IMG/VR virus record: IMGVR_UViG_3300016659_000060
Location: 1 to 26,125 of that record
Reading direction: 5' to 3' (one strand)
DNA length: 26,125 bases
Source of the DNA: a virus
Taxonomy: Duplodnaviria > Caudoviricetes
The position numbers were made by a program, and so were the translations under genes. The number at the start of each line of letters is the position of its first letter. The first letter of the stretch is position 1. The notes beneath the pieces were generated by a model. The model searched no databases. It saw only the letters and a program-made list of their open reading frames with translations, and was not told where the DNA came from. This document shows positions 8,333 to 15,625 of the stretch, one piece after another.

Positions 8333-9552
8333 AACAATTTCTTTAAATTTTCTCTACCTACTTTTTTAAAATACTCTACCATATTTGTTTTGGCTTTTAC
8401 ATTTTTGTCAAACAAATTTTCAAGCCCTACGTTTCCAGTCATATCCCAATAATAACAATCCTCTAGGTTTCCCGTTCTGTAGTTCCGGAACGTGCCTTGC
8501 TCTCGTAATCCCCAATCAAAATTTTTATCCCAAAAAATGGTATAAGGATAATTCTGCAGGTTCAAACTCATAGATTCCTTTTGATAACTCAACACTTGCG
8601 CTTTCGGAAACGCTTCCTTGACTTCCTCCTGAGAGCGCACGAACTTGCAAAAAATGATATGCTTTTCTTGTGGCCATTGCTTAAAATGTTCTTCCAGTAC
8701 TTCAAATTTATTCCGAGTGCAGCAGTATGTGTGTTGCATCTTTTGGGTCATTTCAAGGAAAATATTGTTGTTCTTTTCCTCCAGCGTTTTATCGTCCAGA
8801 TACTTTTCTTTTAGAAAATCATATTCTTCTTTGGTTTCGTCGCATAGCGTGTAACTATAATTGTTCCAGTACTGCTTGATATCCAAATTCAAATCACATT
8901 CAAAAACATATTCCCCGATTAGCGAATAGAGGTAATCAATATTTTCAATCCCTGTAATAAATTCCTTGGTATAACTACGCTTACCGCTTAAATGCTTGGT
9001 AATCTGAGTATACTTCAGAAAAGTATTCTTGAATTCCCCGTAATCCATTCTAAGAATCAATGGCGACAAAAACTGAATCTGACTCCATAAATCCAATAAA
9101 TTCTTGGTGATAGGCGTACCGTTCAAAATCAATTTGTACTCGACCATCTTACCCAGTTCCAGCATGCGTTGGGTACGTTTGGCGTCAAAGTTTTTCATCT
9201 TTATGCTTTCATCCACTACCATAAAGCAACGCCAAGCCGTGGCAATTTGTTTGTACAATTGCAAATAAGCACGGTCTGATAATTGCAAAGTTTCAATACC
9301 CATATACACTACGTTTGGACAATTGAAACCGCCCCATTTGTTGATTTCGTCAATAATACTCGGCAAACCATCCTTTGGTTTGATACTTCGCAAAGGACCA
9401 ACCCAAACCACCAAATCCACATCGTCAACCGAGTTCACAATTTCCAATGTGGGTCGGGTTTTGCCTGTTCCTGGTTTCATAAACAAAGCCCCTACCTTGT
9501 TTGGCAGGAGTTTTGTTTTTACAGCTGTTTGTTGAGGGAGTAAACCTATCAT
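8329..9552 (-). CDS. Compact SNF2-family helicase/translocase-like protein
   Basis: Walker A MKPGTGKT, Walker B VVDES, motif III LNGTP...DLWSQ..FL, IIFCKF, motif VI-like EQGTFRNYRTG. Confidence 0.85.
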   Translation of the reverse strand: MIGLLPQQTAVKTKLLPNKVGALFMKPGTGKTRPTLEIVNSVDDVDLVVWVGPLRSIKPKDGLPSIIDEINKWGGFNCPNVVYMGIETLQLSDRAYLQLYKQIATAWRCFMVVDESIKMKNFDAKRTQRMLELGKMVEYKLILNGTPITKNLLDLWSQIQFLSPLILRMDYGEFKNTFLKYTQITKHLSGKRSYTKEFITGIENIDYLYSLIGEYVFECDLNLDIKQYWNNYSYTLCDETKEEYDFLKEKYLDDKTLEEKNNNIFLEMTQKMQHTYCCTRNKFEVLEEHFKQWPQEKHIIFCKFVRSQEEVKEAFPKAQVLSYQKESMSLNLQNYPYTIFWDKNFDWGLREQGTFRNYRTGNLEDCYYWDMTGNVGLENLFDKNVKAKTNMVEYFKKVGRENLKKLL

Positions 9553-9872
9553 CGTTTCAGCTCGTTTATGGTGTTGTTATCTATAGCTTCTTTTGGCTCT
9601 GGAGTGTGTTTGGTAACCACATAATGCGGCACTTCTTTTCTAGTCACCGTATCAAAGTACGCTTGCTTTTTGCAGGAATATTGAAGGCTTTTTTGCTTCA
9701 AAATCCATTCACTTATCCAGTAAGCATCGCTTTTTTGAACACTGTAATCTTGACCGAATACCTGACTTTTTGGGATTAATGCTTCACTACCATCAAAAGC
9801 AGCAGCCAAATAGCATTTGTCAGATATTGCAGTAAGGCTCGAAAGCCTTACTGAATAACATAAACTTTTCAT
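9549..9872 (-). CDS. Hypothetical protein coupled to the helicase
   Basis: 107 aa; ATGA overlap with the helicase gene and TAATG overlap with the upstream gene. Confidence 0.75.
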   Translation of the reverse strand: MKSLCYSVRLSSLTAISDKCYLAAAFDGSEALIPKSQVFGQDYSVQKSDAYWISEWILKQKSLQYSCKKQAYFDTVTRKEVPHYVVTKHTPEPKEAIDNNTINELKR

Positions 9873-10369
9873 TAAAATCTAACGTATTTGTTTAAAGATT
9901 CCTGATAGATGTATATTTTATTGAAAGCAATAAAATAATCTAACTTTAAACCTCTTAAAACCATCGGAGAAGCAAAATCAATTTCTTTATTGTTTTCAAT
10001 AGACTCTCTAATCTTAGAAATGATTTCGATAATTTCAATAATTAATGGCTCGCTACTGGCTTTTATCGAACGAATAGGAGAATTACCATAATCTTTTTCT
10101 AATCCTTTTTCTACAGCAACAGAAAGAGTTTCAAGGTCGTTTTCGCTAAACCACTCTGGTGCTTCAACCAAAAGATATGCAGTACAACAGTTTGGGTTTT
10201 CTGAATAATATTTTTCGTCTTTTTTCCAAAAATCAAAAGGAGCAACTGGATAAACTCCATTAGTGTTTTTATCTTTAAAGTTGTTTTCTGTTCTTGCTAC
10301 AAGTTTAGAAAGAAAAGCTGATCTGTTTGAACTAGCATAAGGGACGAAAATGTAAGTTGAATTTTCCAT
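9872..10369 (-). CDS. Hypothetical protein, first gene of the minus-strand accessory operon
   Basis: 165-aa ATG ORF directly downstream of a predicted promoter. Confidence 0.65.
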   Translation of the reverse strand: MENSTYIFVPYASSNRSAFLSKLVARTENNFKDKNTNGVYPVAPFDFWKKDEKYYSENPNCCTAYLLVEAPEWFSENDLETLSVAVEKGLEKDYGNSPIRSIKASSEPLIIEIIEIISKIRESIENNKEIDFASPMVLRGLKLDYFIAFNKIYIYQESLNKYVRF

Positions 10370-10423
10370 AATCTTAATGCAGACTTTATCGTCCTGCGCC
10401 GGACTGTTAGTGATTTTGTTTTA

Positions 10424-10454
10424 CAAATGTACGGTATAAGGTACATTTATGCAA
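10424..10454 (-). promoter_or_regulatory. Bacteroidota sigma-A-type promoter (TTG...TACATTTG) overlapped by palindrome AAATGTAC-N8-GTACATTT
   Basis: Perfect TAnnTTTG on minus at 10431-10424; TTGC upstream; 8-bp perfect inverted repeat 10425-10432/10441-10448. Confidence 0.7.
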
Positions 10455-10478
10455 GTGTTTTTGTAATTTATATTAAAT

Positions 10479-12179
10479 TTAAATAACACTAGGGTCACTT
10501 CCGCTATATCCCGAATGCGTATTCACTTTGTTTACAAAATTTCTACGGTACACGAAATATTTAAACGCATCACTGTAGTTCGTAGAATACATAGGGCGTA
10601 AGTGAATAGGCAAACTCTCTGATGATTTATCTTTTTGAATGGTCTTAGAACCCGTCAATTGAGATTTAATCTTGATTTTCGTCAATTCCAAAGAGCTCTT
10701 AAGATGCTTACACAGGAATCGGTCGATTTTAATTTTTGGCAATCCCTTTTTCGTTTCGCCAAACAACGCTTTGGCAAAGTTAAATTCCTCTTCTTGCAAA
10801 ATAGTAGCTTGATTCAAACTCATTAAGTTCACGACCCAGCCAGTTCTTGTGCCGTTGTTGTATTCAATTGCATTTTTAATAGCGTGCGCCCAGTCTCTTT
10901 TTGTCTTGCTATTCTGATTCCCTGAACGGTCATAATACAAATCAAGCACCTTGACCGGATGTTGTCTGTAGAACGCACAAAATTGTTTCCCTAACTGAAT
11001 CTCATTTTCTGGGGCCAAAGTATGAAACTCCTTCATTATGTATAAATACTCCCCACGTTCCTGACCCGTAATCATACTACACATATCCCCAAAATCGACA
11101 CCCGCTTCAATTTTTTTGGTCTTGTCTAGGTAGCGTAACGCCAAGCAGCTTTCTTCAATATCATCTGTCAATAAAAAATTGTCGTAGTAAGAGGAAACAA
11201 TACCATCATCATAAAAATGATGCTCCCCTAGATTACCATAAAACTTTTCTCCTTTCTTCAAATTGATTTTCAAAGAAAGAATGGCACTCTTAAATTCTTC
11301 AATACCGAGAGCTTTCAAGCTATCCTCAAAATATCCTTCGGTCAAAATATCCACGTTAACCAATGACGAAACCACATAAAAGAACATCGAGTTCTTGCGC
11401 ACACGCACCCAGCGTTCCGTCCATCGAATCAAATTTGCTTGTAGCTTTTCAATCGCTTCATAGTTACCTACTTGCTTGTGCGACAAAATTTCACGCTTAA
11501 TTTCGTTCAGAACCAAACCCACTTCCAAAGCAAGTTTAACCTGATTCAAATCCATATTCTTTTCGTCCTGCATAATCCAATCATCGTCACCGTCCATCAC
11601 GTTTGGCATATCAGTAGTAAAGGTCGTGCCTCTGTAGTACACAGAACCGCCAAACATTGCGTATTCCCCACGAATTGCGGGAGTCAATTTCTTTAATTTG
11701 GCGTGTTTCAACAATCGCGCCTCGTCACCATACATATGTTGGTACGAACCACCCGCCAATCCTCCTGGTTGATCTAGTGACCCCAAGTTAAAAAAGCAAC
11801 CGTTAAAAACAGAAATCGAATGTTTGTAAGCCTCTACAGGCTTGTAAGGAAGTTTAAAGTGGGCGGGAGGTCGCTTATCCGTAACATAATGAATTCCTTC
11901 GCGCCACCCTTTACGATTCCAACCCTCTAGTAATGTAGGAACCACGTTTTTCATTGCGTTCATATACGTGTCCGAAACCAAAACCTGATAACTTCTAGGC
12001 ATATCCCAACAGATATTTTGTGCCCTTTCGGCAATAATATCCGATGTTTTCGCCATCGCACGACCCGCAATCAAACGCAAATCTTTGGGAGCAATCAAGA
12101 AAATGACTTGCTTTACCCAGGAGCCAAACTCGCTACGAACATCTTTATCTTTATGATTTACGGCCGTCTTCCTGCTCAT
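10479..12179 (-). CDS. terL: Terminase large subunit
   Basis: N-terminal ATPase (AGRAMAKT Walker A variant, MYGDEAR Walker B) and C-terminal RNase H-like nuclease (AGVDFG, LYYDRSG, NYSDAFKY). Confidence 0.82.
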   Translation of the reverse strand: MSRKTAVNHKDKDVRSEFGSWVKQVIFLIAPKDLRLIAGRAMAKTSDIIAERAQNICWDMPRSYQVLVSDTYMNAMKNVVPTLLEGWNRKGWREGIHYVTDKRPPAHFKLPYKPVEAYKHSISVFNGCFFNLGSLDQPGGLAGGSYQHMYGDEARLLKHAKLKKLTPAIRGEYAMFGGSVYYRGTTFTTDMPNVMDGDDDWIMQDEKNMDLNQVKLALEVGLVLNEIKREILSHKQVGNYEAIEKLQANLIRWTERWVRVRKNSMFFYVVSSLVNVDILTEGYFEDSLKALGIEEFKSAILSLKINLKKGEKFYGNLGEHHFYDDGIVSSYYDNFLLTDDIEESCLALRYLDKTKKIEAGVDFGDMCSMITGQERGEYLYIMKEFHTLAPENEIQLGKQFCAFYRQHPVKVLDLYYDRSGNQNSKTKRDWAHAIKNAIEYNNGTRTGWVVNLMSLNQATILQEEEFNFAKALFGETKKGLPKIKIDRFLCKHLKSSLELTKIKIKSQLTGSKTIQKDKSSESLPIHLRPMYSTNYSDAFKYFVYRRNFVNKVNTHSGYSGSDPSVI

Positions 12180-12786
12180 TTGGAAATACTTTTATTGGTA
12201 AAATTTGGGCTTCACGTTTTATTTGTACACGTTGCTTTTCTGTAAGTTCAGGAAAAGCATCAATCATTTCTGCGAGCCTATGACGATTTGCTTTGGTTTC
12301 TAAGCCAAGGAACTCCGCATCCGCAGAATAAATAACCCAAGGTGGCTGGAATAATTCTGCAGGCAATTCCTCTTGTTCTGGTAGATTGATTCCTCGAAGT
12401 TCTGCCACATCAAGAAGCATCTTAACCACTTTTGCTGCATCAGTAGGATTCTTTACCGTTTGCATTGCAAAATTGATCATCTTCTCGGCTTTTTCAGCAT
12501 AAATGGTACGCCACGCTTGTTTGCTTATTTTGGAATCACTATAAAAATATTGTTGGGCTTCGTCGCACAACTGCATGGCTTTATAGCGCGATATCTTATC
12601 AACGAGCATCAAATGTTTTACAATAGACTCTTTTGTACCAAATACGTCTATCCTCAAAAACATTCCCCTGATTTTGTCCAGTAGTTCCAGATACAATACG
12701 ATTTCTTCAGGGGCATTGTTCAAATTGCCCTTTTCCATAAAATCATAAATATGCTCTAGAGATATTTCGTTAATAGTCATCGCCAA
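12151..12786 (-). CDS. Phage packaging-module protein (possible terminase-associated subunit)
   Basis: 211-aa helical ORF overlapping the terL start; function inferred from position. Confidence 0.55.
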   Translation of the reverse strand: MAMTINEISLEHIYDFMEKGNLNNAPEEIVLYLELLDKIRGMFLRIDVFGTKESIVKHLMLVDKISRYKAMQLCDEAQQYFYSDSKISKQAWRTIYAEKAEKMINFAMQTVKNPTDAAKVVKMLLDVAELRGINLPEQEELPAELFQPPWVIYSADAEFLGLETKANRHRLAEMIDAFPELTEKQRVQIKREAQILPIKVFPNEQEDGRKS

Positions 12787-13093
12787 AAAGTATTTTATTT
12801 CTAATGTTTGTAATGTCCATTTCTTCCTTTTGCTTCAAAAAAATCTGAGCAGCTGTGATATTTCCTTTTTCGGCCAATTCCTTTTGTTTGTTGGTAATAG
12901 TGAATTCGCTCACGAGTTTCCCTCTTTCATACGCCAACCGAACGGCACTTTCTTTATCGTACCACAATTGCAAAAAGGATTTTTTGTCAACGTCCAAATA
13001 CAAAGCGATTTTCTCAGGCGCATAATTATTAGCTGCCAAATCGTGTATTGCGGTCATTTCTTCCTCAGAAAATTTAAGCTCGATTAGTTTCAT
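12770..13093 (-). CDS. Putative terminase small subunit / HTH protein
   Basis: N-terminal HTH-like PEKIALYLDVD and a LAEKGNITAAQIFLK segment reminiscent of TerS-like proteins. Confidence 0.5.
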   Translation of the reverse strand: MKLIELKFSEEEMTAIHDLAANNYAPEKIALYLDVDKKSFLQLWYDKESAVRLAYERGKLVSEFTITNKQKELAEKGNITAAQIFLKQKEEMDITNIRNKILFGDDY

Positions 13094-13168
13094 TTTTATC
13101 CAGTATTAAAACATAAATTCCCAGTAGGATTAAATACAACATCACATTTATTTAAGTCAGTTAATAAT

Positions 13169-13191
13169 CCCCCCTTTTGGGGGCTAGGGGG
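13169..13191. repeat. REP-like GC element CCCCCC-TTTT-GGGGG-CTA-GGGGG
   Basis: Isolated GC run hairpin with an extra G-tract directly after the stop at 13194. Confidence 0.5.
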
Positions 13192-13193
13192 CT

Positions 13194-13790
13194 TTAATAT
13201 TTTTTCAAATTACTCTCTGTAAAAAGTTTTAATCTAAAATCATACAAGCCTTTGCTATTCGCAAAAGTGTATTGTTCGTAGTGGGCGTTTTCGCTCCAGT
13301 TCCCAGAACCTTCCACTACAAAATAATTATCGTGCGTTTGCATCAAACATACTTTGGCGTGCACCCACGCATAAAGCACCGTAAGATTCGGCCGACTTTG
13401 AGCCATTGCCATAAGATTGTCAATCACGATAGGATTTCGCTTTATCATACTATCAGAAATCAATAACGTGATGCGCTCAATCATTCCTTTGTCGTGTAGC
13501 TCAATCAAGGCATCTATCACCTTTCTACTAATACTGTAGGTTGTTGCGTGCAATTCTTTAATAGGGAAAACTTTAGCCACCAACGGAATAAAAGTAAACG
13601 CATTAAAAGCCGTATCGCTTTGCAAAAAGAAAAACTCCTCTTGCGTAGGAATCCGAAACAAATCGTTTTCCAAGCTCGATACCTTTTGGTAATGCGCAGC
13701 TAAATATTTTGAAGTAAATAACTCACTCCCTTTTTTATCCTCCTCAAGAGGCTTTACAGGAGTGAGTATATCTTTGTAGCTAAACAGCAT
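13194..13790 (-). CDS. Phospholipase D-superfamily (single HKD-like) domain protein, possible nuclease
   Basis: VHAKVCLMQ...VVEGSGNWS...EQ matches HxK...GSxN; the canonical Asp is absent. Confidence 0.7.
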   Translation of the reverse strand: MLFSYKDILTPVKPLEEDKKGSELFTSKYLAAHYQKVSSLENDLFRIPTQEEFFFLQSDTAFNAFTFIPLVAKVFPIKELHATTYSISRKVIDALIELHDKGMIERITLLISDSMIKRNPIVIDNLMAMAQSRPNLTVLYAWVHAKVCLMQTHDNYFVVEGSGNWSENAHYEQYTFANSKGLYDFRLKLFTESNLKKY

Positions 13791-13791
13791 A

Positions 13792-14619
13792 TTATTTGGT
13801 TTGGATTCCTAATTTTTTATTAACCAAAGCCAACTTAACTTCGCGTTCTGCAACACGATCATTAATCTCTTTTATTTTGGCTTCGTCTTGTTTGGCCACA
13901 GCTTTTGCCAATGATTGTTTGTTGTCTGTAAAATACTTAGCCGAAGCATTTTTGTACTTAAACAACTCTTCGTTGGTCATTTCCTCAACTTCTCGCTCCA
14001 TTTGTAGCTTTCTAAAGATGGGATGCTTGCCAAGAACCTTACCCGTTTCTTTGTATGCGTTTAATTCTTCGTAGATAGCTTGATTTTCTTCAAAAGCAGC
14101 AACAGCATCCTTTGCCAATTCTGACAAGCTTTCTTTTTCTTCAGCAGTCAATACTTCTTTTGCATTCAAAATCACAATTTGTTCCTGGATTGCTTCGTAC
14201 TGTTTCCAAACTGTAATTTTATCCGCTACCAAAATTTTCAACTCATTAGGACAATCCTTATCGTTTAGAAATTTGAATTCTTCACGCAGAGGAACAATGG
14301 CTTTTTCAGCATCTACTGCAGCACCATCATCTTTACCGCCATCTGCATTTCCATCTTTTTCCATTTCACCAACAACTTCTAACTTCTCACTTCTACCTTC
14401 TAACTTCGTATAGCGTTCCGTATCGGTAATGTTGTAGGCTTTTTGCAAATCATACAATAAACTCTCAAGCATATGCTTAGAGTAACCCGAAGCATTATAA
14501 GAACGCTCCGCACTGGTATTCTTCTCTGGGCTTTGTCTGTATAAACCAAATGCTTCATTAAACTGCTCAGATGGTTCCTCGGGCAACGCCTGAAAAAACG
14601 CAATTACTTTTTGTTTCAT
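13792..14619 (-). CDS. Conserved phage hypothetical protein (coiled-coil)
   Basis: ATG at 14619 (TTG alternative at 14625); LREEFKFLNDKDCPNELKILVADKIT and G.VLGKHPIF segments. Confidence 0.75.
   Translation of the reverse strand: MKQKVIAFFQALPEEPSEQFNEAFGLYRQSPEKNTSAERSYNASGYSKHMLESLLYDLQKAYNITDTERYTKLEGRSEKLEVVGEMEKDGNADGGKDDGAAVDAEKAIVPLREEFKFLNDKDCPNELKILVADKITVWKQYEAIQEQIVILNAKEVLTAEEKESLSELAKDAVAAFEENQAIYEELNAYKETGKVLGKHPIFRKLQMEREVEEMTNEELFKYKNASAKYFTDNKQSLAKAVAKQDEAKIKEINDRVAEREVKLALVNKKLGIQTK
14374..14408. repeat. Five imperfect tandem heptamers (AACTTCT consensus) inside a CDS
   Basis: AACTTCT AACTTCT CACTTCT ACCTTCT AACTTCG. Confidence 0.75.
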
Positions 14620-14688
14620 TTTCAAAAGTTTTAATTAGTAATGTCTTAATACTTAATTCTCAAGTCTTAATACTCTTTCATTGAATTT

Positions 14689-14728
14689 CAAAGTTGGTAA
14701 TTACCTCCCGTTTTTGGTGTGACATAAA
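14689..14728 (-). promoter_or_regulatory. Putative late promoter, copy 2: TTTATGTCAC-N22-CAACTTTG
   Basis: Same motif and spacer as 3734-3773. Confidence 0.7.
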
Positions 14729-14755
14729 AAAACCCCTTATAAAAAAGGGGTTTTT
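14726..14755 (-). terminator. Intrinsic terminator after the capsid operon
   Basis: AAAAACCCCTT-N6-AAGGGGTTTTT with A/T tracts on both sides. Confidence 0.75.
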
Positions 14756-14789
14756 CCTAACTAAATAAACCAATTAAATAAAAATGAAA

Positions 14790-15614
14790 CTATGCTCTAG
14801 AAACTTCTTGTAACAAAGTTATTGCACCATTCTTGAATACCTTCAAGTTGATTACAGCGCCATCCAATGCCGTCCAAGTAGTACCATTGATTAGCAATGC
14901 AGACTTATCAGCAACACCAGTTACTAAAGTCGCAGCACCAGCGCCACCGCCACCAATCAAACTGATTTCATCACCGTGATTCAAGGCAATTGCAGCAAAT
15001 ACAATTGGAGCAGTTACCGCCGTTGCAGGCAATTGGTAAGTTCTGCCATTGGCTTCATTTACCGTTACAGCACCTACAGAAGCTACAGCAAACGGAGCAG
15101 CAAAACTCAACGTTCCAGTGTAGTGTCCTGGTACATATCCTGATTTAGCAAATTGCTCAAAAACCAACATATGCTTGCGCGCATCGTTGTCGTCTTGCAA
15201 ACTTGGTTTCAATTGCATTGGAGCACATTTGGTTCCCATTACTTTTCTGTAGCTATCTACACAGCTACCGTAAATAATAATGGAATTTACCCCAATCCAG
15301 TTTTGTACAAACTCGGATAACTCTAATTCGTTACCCGGACTTTCGGCCTCAAATTTTTGCATGATCGAAACGGAGTCTTCGTCACCATCGCTCTCAAAAG
15401 TAGCTTTGATTTTAGAAGGCGTCATATACACGCTAATCATTTTAGCGTTATCTTTCATAACAAACGAACCAAGCATATTCACGCCTTTATTGTCTCTCAA
15501 TGGCCAAGTGAGAATATCATCAACCGCTACGATAGTAACGTTTGGCTCTTTTGGAGCAGCCGCCCCTGGGCTTTTGCCCAAGGGTTTAACTACATTTTTT
15601 CTAATATATGTCAT
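14790..15614 (-). CDS. Virion structural protein (possible major tail/tube protein with C-terminal beta-rich appendage)
   Basis: 274 aa, directly after the capsid gene; beta-rich N-domain and an Ala/Gly/Val-rich C-domain. Function inferred. Confidence 0.55.
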   Translation of the reverse strand: MTYIRKNVVKPLGKSPGAAAPKEPNVTIVAVDDILTWPLRDNKGVNMLGSFVMKDNAKMISVYMTPSKIKATFESDGDEDSVSIMQKFEAESPGNELELSEFVQNWIGVNSIIIYGSCVDSYRKVMGTKCAPMQLKPSLQDDNDARKHMLVFEQFAKSGYVPGHYTGTLSFAAPFAVASVGAVTVNEANGRTYQLPATAVTAPIVFAAIALNHGDEISLIGGGGAGAATLVTGVADKSALLINGTTWTALDGAVINLKVFKNGAITLLQEVSRA

Positions 15615-15625
15615 CGTCCTTTATA

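Larger units (their letters stand above)
1..10478. mobile_element. Prophage/phage genome segment, left part (portal-side structural genes and accessory block); the element continues across the whole window
   Basis: Contiguous with the terminase/capsid/lysis genes to the right; no host housekeeping genes; no integrase or att site seen in the window. Confidence 0.8.
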
